DNA of 64,000 nt from Candidatus Bathyarchaeota archaeon (GCA_963715865.1 OY970280.1:1088001-1152000); one strand, 5' to 3'. Shown: positions 19,321 to 28,029, numbered from the stretch's first letter. The notes: a model not told the origin generated them from the sequence alone. Numbers and translations: made by a program.

Positions 19321-19388
19321 TGGGGGATGATGTCGCCGTCCCAGTCTGATCGGGAAAGATGAAGAATTCGAGATTTAGACAGACCCCA
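19321..19388 (+). ncRNA. Box C/D methylation guide sRNA; D' guide predicts 23S rRNA Gm2251 (E. coli numbering)
   Basis: Terminal stem TGGGG/CCCCA; C ATGATGT 19327-33; guide CGCCGTCCCAGT; D' CTGA 19346-49; C' ATGAAGA 19359-65; D CAGA 19380-83. Deviations from consensus are compensated by Watson-Crick pairs in both K-turns. TATA-like CTTTATTT lies ~29 nt upstream. Confidence 0.8.
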
Positions 19389-19429
19389 AATAATTTTAAA
19401 AATTCATTGGTAGATGCAATATATCTCTT

Positions 19430-19967
19430 AGCAACGGGAACGGATGTGATTTAGTCGTGATCTTCGGTGAAAACGTGTTAAGCGGAGTTGTTGCGGTAGA
19501 GAAACATGCGAATCTTTCAACTAAAGAAGTGAATAGAAACAACACCTATAGTGGGCACACCTTACGTTGAGATGATCGCTGTCATGGCAAAGTATAATCC
19601 GTTTGCAGAAAAAGCGAGTATGCAAAAAATTGCACAACAGCAAGCGGTAGAAAGCGTTTCCATGGTTTCTCAAATGCTCTCGGAGTTGGGTTTTAATCTG
19701 CATCTCATAGGCAGTGAACGGTACGTTCGGGAAAAACTTGAAAGCTTAAACCCTCTACAAGCGAGCAAGCTCAAAGAGTCATTCATTAAGAACAAGCATC
19801 CACGATTCAAAAAAGAAATTGCAGCTAGTCGGCGTCAGCCCTTTGGAAAAACATCCGACTATGTTGAATGCATTCAGAATGCGGATGTATCGAAAATTGC
19901 GAAGCTGGTTAAGCTCGTTGGAATGCTACTGCAAACAAAGGTTTACTTGTTTTGGAAAAAACCTTAA
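19430..19967 (+). pseudogene. Truncated/frameshifted gene of unknown function
   Basis: An upstream frame (GCDLVVIFGENV...) shifts into ORF 19551..19967; the 3' end has a homolog at 54180-54310. Confidence 0.45.
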
Positions 19968-20090
19968 GTTTGATTCTGTGAGGCGAAACAATCGGCAAGG
20001 TGATAGGCTGAGCCAACTACGACACCAACACAGGAAGCATATTCGCGGAAGTGGACCCAAATTTGTCGTCCGTGACAGTTTTACACAAGT

Positions 20091-20156
20091 TTTATAAACA
20101 AAATTCAATGAAAGAGAGAGCTATTGAGCGAGAGCAAACCTTACGCTTTCGTTCAA
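20091..20156 (+). promoter_or_regulatory. TATA box plus 5' leader hairpin of surface protein 1
   Basis: TTTATAAA at 20091; stem TGAGCGAGAGC/GCTTTCGTTCA at 20125-20155. Confidence 0.7.
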
Positions 20157-20180
20157 ATAAAATTTAGGAGAAAAAGAAAA

Positions 20181-22865
20181 ATGCAAATTACAAAAAGTAA
20201 AACTGCAGCTATTGCTATTGCTATATTCTTAATGCTTTCGATGTCAGCTTCAATGATGCTTGTACCAAATGCTAGTGCACATACACCTGCATGGCAGATT
20301 CCAACATATGCCTACATACAAGGTTTGCCTAACCCGGTCGGTGTCGGTCAGTCAGTGCACATTCTCATGTGGCTTGACAAGGTAATAGATGGAGCAGAAC
20401 CAACCAATGACATTCGGTTCCAGAACTACAAGCTCACCATTACTGCACCTGACGGCACAATAACAACACAAACTTTTCCTGTTTGCACAGACCCAACATC
20501 AAGTCAGGGCTATACCTATACTCCTACCCAAGCCGGCACATACAATCTCACCTTTACTTTCCCAGGACAAGTGTACACATACACCGAACCAGTCATGAGC
20601 TTCTTCGGTCCTCCCGCGCCAAGTCAATTCATAAACGATACTTATGAGGCCAGCTCTGCGTCAGCAACACTTACTGTTCAGCAAGCACCAGTAGGCATAT
20701 ATCCAACTACTCCGCTTCCGACGGCGTACTGGACGCGCCCAATATACGGTGAGAACTGGAACTGGTATACGGTTTCGTCAAACTGGCTAGGTGCAGGTGT
20801 ACCAGGCTTCGCGAGTGGTTTCCCAGGTGATGCTGTAGGTCCTCTCACTGGCCATGTCATGTGGACAAAGCCGCTTGATATGGGAGGAGTTGTCGGAGGA
20901 AACGAAACTGTTATTCAGGGAGACACATACGCCGAGGGATCTGCATACGCTACTAGATACAGCAACCCAATAATAATAGACGGGTACCTATACTACACGG
21001 AACCAATATCACTTGCGGGTACCCCAGGAATGTTCGGGGGTACGGGTTATGGACCAACCGTCTGCGTTAACCTGCAAACAGGACAACTTATTTGGTCTCG
21101 GACTGATGTACCTGCGCTATCCTTCGGTTATATCTATGACGTTCAAGACCCTAACCAGCACGGAGTTTATCCGCCAATTCTAGTTGCAAGCATTGGAGGA
21201 TCCTTCCTTGGACCTCCAGTACCGACGACATGGGAAGCTTTTGATGCATACACAGGAAACTTTCTGTTCAACGTAACCAACGTTCCCTCGGGCACAACTG
21301 TACTCGGTCCGAATGGTGAACACTTGATAATTAGCCTGACAAATGATGGACCAATGACAATGACACCTTTTGGCCCTGTTCCTAGCGGTCCACCGCAGTA
21401 TTATTTGAGTGAATGGAACTCCTCTAGACTGTGGGATAATCAATACTCAGGGCCGTCAACAACACCAAGCGTAGTTCCACCCATTACTGACGGAAACGAT
21501 CCAAGCTTATATGACTGGAACATTTCGATACCATCGCTCAACACTATGACCTCACCACCTACTATAGAAGCAGCTTTCAGTGGTAATATGTTGCTTTGCA
21601 TGAGCGGCTCTTACCCTGCTGGTCCTAGTACTTTATTCAGTGCAGCAAGCAGTGCTCCCTACACGTACTTCACTGTCAATCTCGACCCAAGTAAAGGTGC
21701 GATCGGTTCAGTACCATGGACAAATACAGTTAGCGCACCAGCAGGCAACATAACTGTCGAATTTGTCGGAGCCGATCCAACGGCTGGTGTCTTCGTTGAA
21801 TACCATGCGGAAACTTTGCAATGGGTAGGATACAGCCTGACAACAGGCAAGCAAATTTGGGGTCCAACCGGCAATCAAACAGCCCTTGACTTCTACTGGA
21901 TGGGCTGGTCTAGCATGGCCGGGCATATAGCTTACGGGAACCTCTACAGTTGCAATGGTATGGGAGGAATAATCTACTGTTATAATTTGAAAACTGGAAA
22001 CCTAGAGTGGACCTACGGTAACGGCGGCGCAGGCAACAGTACTAACAGCGGTTTACCGTGGCCTGGTCCATATCCAACTATCATATACGCTATTGCCAAC
22101 GGAGTAATATACACGATTACTAATGAGCACACTTTCGAAACACCGATTTTCAAGGGTGCATTGTCACGCGCTATTAATGCTACAACCGGGCAAGAAATCT
22201 GGACTGTTTCAGCTGCCTCAGCCTCTTCCGGATCAACTGCTATCGCAGACGGCTATGCAACATGGTTCAACGGCTATGACAACCAAATCTACGTTGTTGG
22301 CAGAGGACCCAGCGATACCACAGTACAGGCACCACTGACTCAAATTACAGCAGGCAACAAAGTAGTTATACAGGGCACAGTGATGGATATTTCTGCGGGC
22401 ACAAAGCAAACTCAGCAGGCAGCAGACTTTCCAAATGGTGTTCCAGTTGCATCTGATGCAAGCATGAATGATTGGATGGGCTTCGTTTACCAGCAACAAC
22501 CATGCCCAACCAATTTCACAGGCGTTACAGTATCAATAGACGCTATTGATCCGAACAGTAATCTCATCCACATCGGCGACGCCACAAGCAATGCAAACGG
22601 CTTATTCTACTACACTTGGACGACTCCAAACATCCCAGGGGACTACCTCGTCACCGCAACATTCGCTGGCACCAACAGTTACTGGCCGTCAAACGCACAA
22701 ACCGCCATGACCGTACAAGAAGCACCATCAGTAGCACCGACCGCTACACCTCAATCAAACCTAGCAACCACAGCAGACCTAATGACGTACATAGCCGTTG
22801 CCGCAATCGCTATAATCATTGCAATAGCCATAGCCACAGTCCTCATGCTCAGGAAACACGCGTAA
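20181..22865 (+). CDS. Cell-surface PQQ-like beta-propeller protein (paralog 1)
   Basis: Signal peptide, N-terminal Ig-like region (PNPVGVGQ), YWTRPI and WTKP motifs, repeated D..TG...W, C-terminal Ig-like domain, Pro/Thr linker, TM anchor and RKHA tail; ATG at 20181 after AGGAG. Confidence 0.88.
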   Translation: MQITKSKTAAIAIAIFLMLSMSASMMLVPNASAHTPAWQIPTYAYIQGLPNPVGVGQSVHILMWLDKVIDGAEPTNDIRFQNYKLTITAPDGTITTQTFPVCTDPTSSQGYTYTPTQAGTYNLTFTFPGQVYTYTEPVMSFFGPPAPSQFINDTYEASSASATLTVQQAPVGIYPTTPLPTAYWTRPIYGENWNWYTVSSNWLGAGVPGFASGFPGDAVGPLTGHVMWTKPLDMGGVVGGNETVIQGDTYAEGSAYATRYSNPIIIDGYLYYTEPISLAGTPGMFGGTGYGPTVCVNLQTGQLIWSRTDVPALSFGYIYDVQDPNQHGVYPPILVASIGGSFLGPPVPTTWEAFDAYTGNFLFNVTNVPSGTTVLGPNGEHLIISLTNDGPMTMTPFGPVPSGPPQYYLSEWNSSRLWDNQYSGPSTTPSVVPPITDGNDPSLYDWNISIPSLNTMTSPPTIEAAFSGNMLLCMSGSYPAGPSTLFSAASSAPYTYFTVNLDPSKGAIGSVPWTNTVSAPAGNITVEFVGADPTAGVFVEYHAETLQWVGYSLTTGKQIWGPTGNQTALDFYWMGWSSMAGHIAYGNLYSCNGMGGIIYCYNLKTGNLEWTYGNGGAGNSTNSGLPWPGPYPTIIYAIANGVIYTITNEHTFETPIFKGALSRAINATTGQEIWTVSAASASSGSTAIADGYATWFNGYDNQIYVVGRGPSDTTVQAPLTQITAGNKVVIQGTVMDISAGTKQTQQAADFPNGVPVASDASMNDWMGFVYQQQPCPTNFTGVTVSIDAIDPNSNLIHIGDATSNANGLFYYTWTTPNIPGDYLVTATFAGTNSYWPSNAQTAMTVQEAPSVAPTATPQSNLATTADLMTYIAVAAIAIIIAIAIATVLMLRKHA

Positions 22866-23144
22866 GAACAGCACAACCAAAAAATCCACTTTCCCCTTTT
22901 TTAGTCTCTAGAAAGCAATGGAGAAGAGATAAGGGCTGAGAAGGCTCTAGTAAAATTTACCATACAATCGTGATTAGCATTTGCATTCTTTTCTCCTAAA
23001 GAGTGTTCCAGAGCCTCAGCAAACCTCACTAAAAAGTCAATTATGTAAATAGATTTTCACTTTCACTTACCTCTCTACTGCTTAGCTGAGTCGTTTGTTC
23101 ACTTTCCTTTTAAGCAATCTGAACCATAAGCACGAGCCCCAAGT
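22866..23144. repeat. Conserved 3' element, copy A (T-rich terminator plus structured region)
   Basis: Near-identical to 34780-35062; partial copy at 27739-27931. Confidence 0.92.
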
Positions 23145-23217
23145 AGCGCGCTGGCTTGTAAAGAGAAACCTGTTAATAAATCTATAAGAATGCCTAAGAA
23201 TATGAGGACTGTTTGAT

Positions 23218-23604
23218 ATGTCTGATGGAAGATTTGTTATTCAAAAACATTCAGCATCGCATTTACATTATGATTTGCGTTTAGAGATGGATGGTGTTCT
23301 TAAAAGTTGGGCTGTACCAAAAGAACCTCCAGAAGAGACAGGGGTAAAAAGACTGGCTATTCCAGTTGAAGACCATAAACTTTCATACATAAATTTTGAG
23401 GGAATTATTCCCAAAGGTGAATATGGAGCTGGGAATGTTGAAATTTGGGACAAAGGCAACTATCTACTGAAAAAGAGAACCAAAGATGAAATTGAAGTTG
23501 AATTGTTTGGTTCTAAGATGAAAGGAACCTATGTTCTAACTAAATATGGTGATAATTGGTTATTTTTCAAGAAGAATAGTAGAGTTTCTAATGTTCCTCC
23601 TTAA
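23218..23604 (+). CDS. Stand-alone LigD 3'-phosphoesterase (PE) domain protein
   Basis: FVIQKH..SHLHYDLRLE.DGVLKSWAVPK, EDH..Y..FEG, YGAG.V.IWD.G. Confidence 0.92.
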   Translation: MSDGRFVIQKHSASHLHYDLRLEMDGVLKSWAVPKEPPEETGVKRLAIPVEDHKLSYINFEGIIPKGEYGAGNVEIWDKGNYLLKKRTKDEIEVELFGSKMKGTYVLTKYGDNWLFFKKNSRVSNVPP

Positions 23605-23815
23605 GAACAAGACTTCGAGTTGATAGCCGTTGAAGATGCTGTTGCAAAGTGTTATGTGTGAAGCCTGCTTCGCCCAGAAGTGCGTTCGTCAAAAAAGTCC
23701 ATTATAGGCATAAATATATAAAAACGGACTTATAACCATTTTTAACCATTTTCGGGACAAGGCAGCGCGCTATTAAAATAATGCACCCGCGCTTAAAGCA
23801 TAACTTGCATTTACT

Positions 23816-24967
23816 TTAGCGCCCCATTGTAGACGTATCTACCTTTTTATCTGATTTGTTTAATAGTGGAGACCAGAAATCTATGGGAAATAGTGGACTC
23901 TTATCTAAGTAGAGGTCGACTTGATCAATATTCTCGAGTCGATCGGTCATCTCTTTCAATTCAAAGAAGTCGGAAAGCTCTCTCACCGCAACACCTATAC
24001 ACAGATCAAGTGGTGATGCAACAAACCTTATCGACGTGATGACGTTCGGCGTCTGCAATATTTGGCCAAGGATATCTTCTATCTTGTTTTTGTTTTTAGC
24101 TTTGATGTATATAAGAACCCAAGCAGGGTATCCGATCTTGCTTAAATCGACTACTATCGTGGAAAGTGTCAGCACGTTTGTTTTGAGTTTTTTGTATCTC
24201 TGGATTACGGTATTGGTTGATATGTTGAGTTCTTTGGCTATTTTGCTGAAGGATTTCCTAGATTCCTTTACGAGTATTGCTGCAATCTGGCGATCCAGAT
24301 CATCGATTTCCGCTTTTTTCTCGAGATCTACAGCCTCTCGTCTGGGTAGTTTCAAATCATTTTTCTCTTTTCCTAATAACAGATTTTCAGGATGTTCCGC
24401 AATGGGATGTCCCCAAATTAGTGGGTTTTCTGTGCGTTTGACATAGATGCAGGATTCTATATACTTCAATACTTGGGTAAACTCGTTCATGTTTCGACAG
24501 GCTAAAGCTGCACCAATATTGTTTTTGCCGATAGGAGGCAGGATTCTTACAACATTATAATTCATTAGTAGATATTTTTCGACTTCCTTCTCTTTGCCTT
24601 TGAACGTTTGGATTGACAAACCTGCAAAGATATCGTAACCCAAGCTGTGGGGGTTTACGAGTGTTATTTCGCCTTTTATGATGCCTTTTCTTTTGAGGTT
24701 TGCAATCCGCATTTGGGTTGCGCCAACGGTTATGCCGCATTTATGGGCGATCTCTGTTAGGCTTGTGCGAGCATCGCATAGCATCATCTTCAAAATCTTG
24801 GCATCGATTTCATCAATCGTATTTTTATTAGATGAGTTATCCAATGGTTTATCCGCCGAACCTGAATTTGATATTTCATTGGGCTGTTCAGCATTTAAGC
24901 ATATCTGTAATCTGTTTCTGACTGAACGTTTTTTAGAATTATGAGATAAAAATTGAATTATATTCAA
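23816..24967 (-). CDS. Tandem (double) Lrp/AsnC-family transcription regulator
   Basis: Two HTH-RAM units: IDEIDAKILKMMLCDARTSLTEIA and IDDLDRQIAAILVKESRKSFSKIAKEL; start uncertain. Confidence 0.85.
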   Translation of the reverse strand: MNIIQFLSHNSKKRSVRNRLQICLNAEQPNEISNSGSADKPLDNSSNKNTIDEIDAKILKMMLCDARTSLTEIAHKCGITVGATQMRIANLKRKGIIKGEITLVNPHSLGYDIFAGLSIQTFKGKEKEVEKYLLMNYNVVRILPPIGKNNIGAALACRNMNEFTQVLKYIESCIYVKRTENPLIWGHPIAEHPENLLLGKEKNDLKLPRREAVDLEKKAEIDDLDRQIAAILVKESRKSFSKIAKELNISTNTVIQRYKKLKTNVLTLSTIVVDLSKIGYPAWVLIYIKAKNKNKIEDILGQILQTPNVITSIRFVASPLDLCIGVAVRELSDFFELKEMTDRLENIDQVDLYLDKSPLFPIDFWSPLLNKSDKKVDTSTMGR

Positions 24968-25047
24968 TAATCAGCAATTTTGGCACAAGTTTTATAAGCG
25001 ATGAGATGACAACTTTGATTTCATCAAAAAAAGGAGAATAAAAATAC

Positions 25048-27738
25048 ATGAAATTTGCAAAAAACAAAACTACAACTATTGTGATCGCTCTATTCTTAAT
25101 GTTTTCAATCGGAGTTTCAATGATGCTAGTGCCAACTGCTAACGCGCACACGCCGCCATGGCAAATTCCAACCATGGCCTTTCTCAATGTGGCACCTAAC
25201 CCTATAGGTGTCGGTCAAACACTTACCGTTAACTTCTGGCTCCAGATGCCACCACCCACAGCAGGCATTACGTATGGCGATAGATGGGAGAATATAACAG
25301 TGAAAGTTACACTGCCTGATGGAACTACTACAACACTGGGACCTTTTGCATCCGATGACACAGGAGGAACATTTACCACATACACGCCCACTCAACTTGG
25401 CAACTACACTTTCCAGATGAGTTTTCCAGGACAAACATTAGCAGGCAACAATCCTCCGCCGGCAGGCTTCGGTGTCGCAGCACCGTTTGTTGGCGATTAT
25501 TTTGGGCCTTCTGTTAGCAACACAGTAAAGGTTACAGTGCAACAGGAGCCCATGCCCTCTATTCCGCTAAATCCGCTTCCGACAAGCTACTGGACACGCC
25601 CAATAAGCGCTGAGAACAACAATTGGTACTCGATAGCCGGGAACTGGCTTGGGATGGGAGGATCCTACAACGCCAGTGGCAATTATAATCCATGGAGCAC
25701 AGCGCCAACCACCGCCCATATCCTATGGACAAAGCCTATTGCATTCGGAGGCACAGTCGGAGGAGAATTCGGCGGAAGCCTAACAAGCAACTTCTACACA
25801 AACAGGCAGTATGAAACACCGTATGAACCGATAATTATGAACGGCATCCTCTACTACACTGAATACCCCACTGGAGGATCAGCCTACATGGGATACCCCG
25901 CTAATAATCAAGGTTGGGCTGCCGTAAACTTGCAGACGGGACAAACAATTTGGACTGACGATTCCGCCAACTACGGTGGTGGTTCTCCAGAGCAGACTGC
26001 TCTAATATCAAGTGGCATATGTACGTATTTAGCTTGCGGTCAACTACTCAATTTTGTATCACCTAACCAGTACGGATGCCAAGCATTCTTATGGAGCACC
26101 GGAACCCCGGATGGAATCAATGCGGTCGCTGGGTCAACTACATGGAACATGTTTGACGCCTTTGATGGAAAGTATTTGCTGAGCATTGTTAACGGTACTG
26201 GACTGACGCTTACGGAAGATCAAAATGGAGACTTGATAGGCTACTACATTAACTTCGCTGATAACACGCTGAATATGTGGAACTCGACATGGTGCATCCA
26301 GAACTACGATAACATAACTGGAATGACAACCGGAATCAGCCAGTATACTAATCCTTGGATGTGGAGGCCTATTCAAGGTTCTCAAATTCCGTTTTCAGAT
26401 GGAATAGAATGGTCAGAACCAATAGCTACTAACTATTCAGGTAATGCTTTGCCAGGGACTCTCTGGCCTGGCGCTATTAATAGCGGTGTAATAATCATGA
26501 GCGCAAATAACGGTGCTAACGGTGGAGGCTCAGGTGGAATGGCAGGTGGAGGCATTTTCCAATCTGGATATCAAATTGAAGCAGGCTACAGTGCAGACAC
26601 GGGTGCACAACTATGGATAACTAACCGAACTGAAACACCGTACACATCGCTTGCTGGTCCTAGCTCATTTCTAGATGGATGTGGAGTCTACGTTGTAGTG
26701 AACCAAAACACGCTTACAGCAACTGGTTACAGTATTTATACAGGCGCGGAGCTGTGGACAAAAGTACTTCCCAATGCTAATACTTATGATACCTATATGA
26801 TTAGTGGAATGGTTGCTAATGGCACACTTTACATGTATGCGCTTGGAGGAGACGTGTATGCTATGAACATACAGACAGGAGCTATCTTGTGGCACTATAC
26901 TACTGGAAGCGCCGAGTATAATACTCCCTATGGTGTATGGCCAATTTGGGCGTGGAATTATCCGTCGTCAGAGGCTATTGCTGGCGGAGTGCTATTCATC
27001 AACGAGGGTCATGAGTATAGTCCACCACTATTCCGTGGCGCTCAAGTAGTAGCCTTGAACCTCACTGATGGGCAACCGATATGGAACGATCTTGGATTTT
27101 ACGTTAGTGGTGGTCCAGCTATTTCAGACGGTGTCTTGGTAATGCTCAATTCCTATGACAATCAGCTATACAGCTATGGCATGGGACCCAGCAAAACAAC
27201 GGTTACAGCACCTAGCGTTGGCGTGACAACTTCCACACCAGTAACGATAACGGGCACAGTAACTGACATCTCTGCCGGCTCACAACAAGAAGCACCAGCA
27301 GCGAACTTCCCAAATGGTCTTCCATGCGTTTCTGACGCAAGCATGACTCAATGGATGGACTACGTTTACCAGCAGCAGTCAATGCCAACCAACGCAACCG
27401 GAGTTCCAGTTACCATAAGCGTCGTTGACTCTAACGGCAACTACAGAACTATCGGCACCGCCACAAGCAATGTCTATGGGACCTACAGTTTAACTTGGAC
27501 ACCTGACATTCCAGGCAACTACACTGTCATCGCCAGCTTCGCAGGTTCAGGATCATACTATGGATCGTCCGCTACAACAGCCTTCTATGCTAGCGCTGCA
27601 CCCGCAACACCATCTCCATATCCAGTTACAGTGTTGCCTCCTACTGAAATGTACATTGGCGTAGCAGCAGTCGCAATAATAGTTGTAATAATCATCGGCT
27701 TTGCTTTACTCTTCTTAACGCTTAGAAAACGCCCATAA
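25048..27738 (+). CDS. Cell-surface PQQ-like beta-propeller protein (paralog 2)
   Basis: Same architecture as paralog 1; RKRP tail. Confidence 0.88.
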   Translation: MKFAKNKTTTIVIALFLMFSIGVSMMLVPTANAHTPPWQIPTMAFLNVAPNPIGVGQTLTVNFWLQMPPPTAGITYGDRWENITVKVTLPDGTTTTLGPFASDDTGGTFTTYTPTQLGNYTFQMSFPGQTLAGNNPPPAGFGVAAPFVGDYFGPSVSNTVKVTVQQEPMPSIPLNPLPTSYWTRPISAENNNWYSIAGNWLGMGGSYNASGNYNPWSTAPTTAHILWTKPIAFGGTVGGEFGGSLTSNFYTNRQYETPYEPIIMNGILYYTEYPTGGSAYMGYPANNQGWAAVNLQTGQTIWTDDSANYGGGSPEQTALISSGICTYLACGQLLNFVSPNQYGCQAFLWSTGTPDGINAVAGSTTWNMFDAFDGKYLLSIVNGTGLTLTEDQNGDLIGYYINFADNTLNMWNSTWCIQNYDNITGMTTGISQYTNPWMWRPIQGSQIPFSDGIEWSEPIATNYSGNALPGTLWPGAINSGVIIMSANNGANGGGSGGMAGGGIFQSGYQIEAGYSADTGAQLWITNRTETPYTSLAGPSSFLDGCGVYVVVNQNTLTATGYSIYTGAELWTKVLPNANTYDTYMISGMVANGTLYMYALGGDVYAMNIQTGAILWHYTTGSAEYNTPYGVWPIWAWNYPSSEAIAGGVLFINEGHEYSPPLFRGAQVVALNLTDGQPIWNDLGFYVSGGPAISDGVLVMLNSYDNQLYSYGMGPSKTTVTAPSVGVTTSTPVTITGTVTDISAGSQQEAPAANFPNGLPCVSDASMTQWMDYVYQQQSMPTNATGVPVTISVVDSNGNYRTIGTATSNVYGTYSLTWTPDIPGNYTVIASFAGSGSYYGSSATTAFYASAAPATPSPYPVTVLPPTEMYIGVAAVAIIVVIIIGFALLFLTLRKRP

Positions 27739-27931
27739 AAACTGCAAAAGCAAAAATCCACTTTCCCCTTTTTTAGTCTTAAAAAGCAATGGAGAAGAGT
27801 TAGGGGCTGAGAAGGCTCTGGTTAAAATTCACGATGTTAGTCATAGCAATCGTGATTACGCATTTGCATTTACGTTCTTTTCTCCTAAAGAATGTTCAAG
27901 TTCCCAGAGCCTCAGCAAACCCTTACTAAAA
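27739..27931. repeat. Conserved 3' element, copy B (diverged, shorter)
   Basis: Paired segments are retained and insertions fall in the loops. Confidence 0.88.
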
Positions 27932-28029
27932 TGTAAACTATTGGTGACATAGACAAGTTACTAATATTCAAATTAATAAAACTCAGCTGCACTGTAACAA
28001 TAGTTACCCAAGTATAGGAGCTAAAAAAA

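Larger units (their letters stand above)
12325..19350. mobile_element. Degraded integrative island(s), two segments bounded by three att-like copies of a C/D sRNA 5' half
   Basis: Three direct repeats of GGGGATGATGTCGCCGTCCCAG; truncated tyrosine integrase next to the last copy; cargo includes a toxin-antitoxin pair, a nuclease, orphans and pseudogenes. Confidence 0.7.

Noticed and set aside
12325-19350. The three repeats as a CRISPR array, tRNA fragments or a fluoride riboswitch
   Set aside because: Spacing is 2.8 and 4.2 kb with genes between and no cas genes; there is no cloverleaf or T-loop; the crcB-type pseudoknot is missing. The C/D architecture explains the sequence better.
18975-19361. 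SSV1-type split integrase (intN/intC) with att inside the gene
   Set aside because: The frame is open through the repeat, but similarity starts only just before YDFRH, the first catalytic Arg is absent, and I found no intN fragment beside copies 1 or 2. Simple truncation fits better.
22945-23020. Minus-strand micro-ORF MQMLITIVW in the 3' element, or an HDV-like ribozyme
   Set aside because: The peptide frame is not conserved in copy B (MQMRNHDCYD). Helix lengths and junctions do not fit the HDV fold. Kept only as an alternative explanation in the findings.
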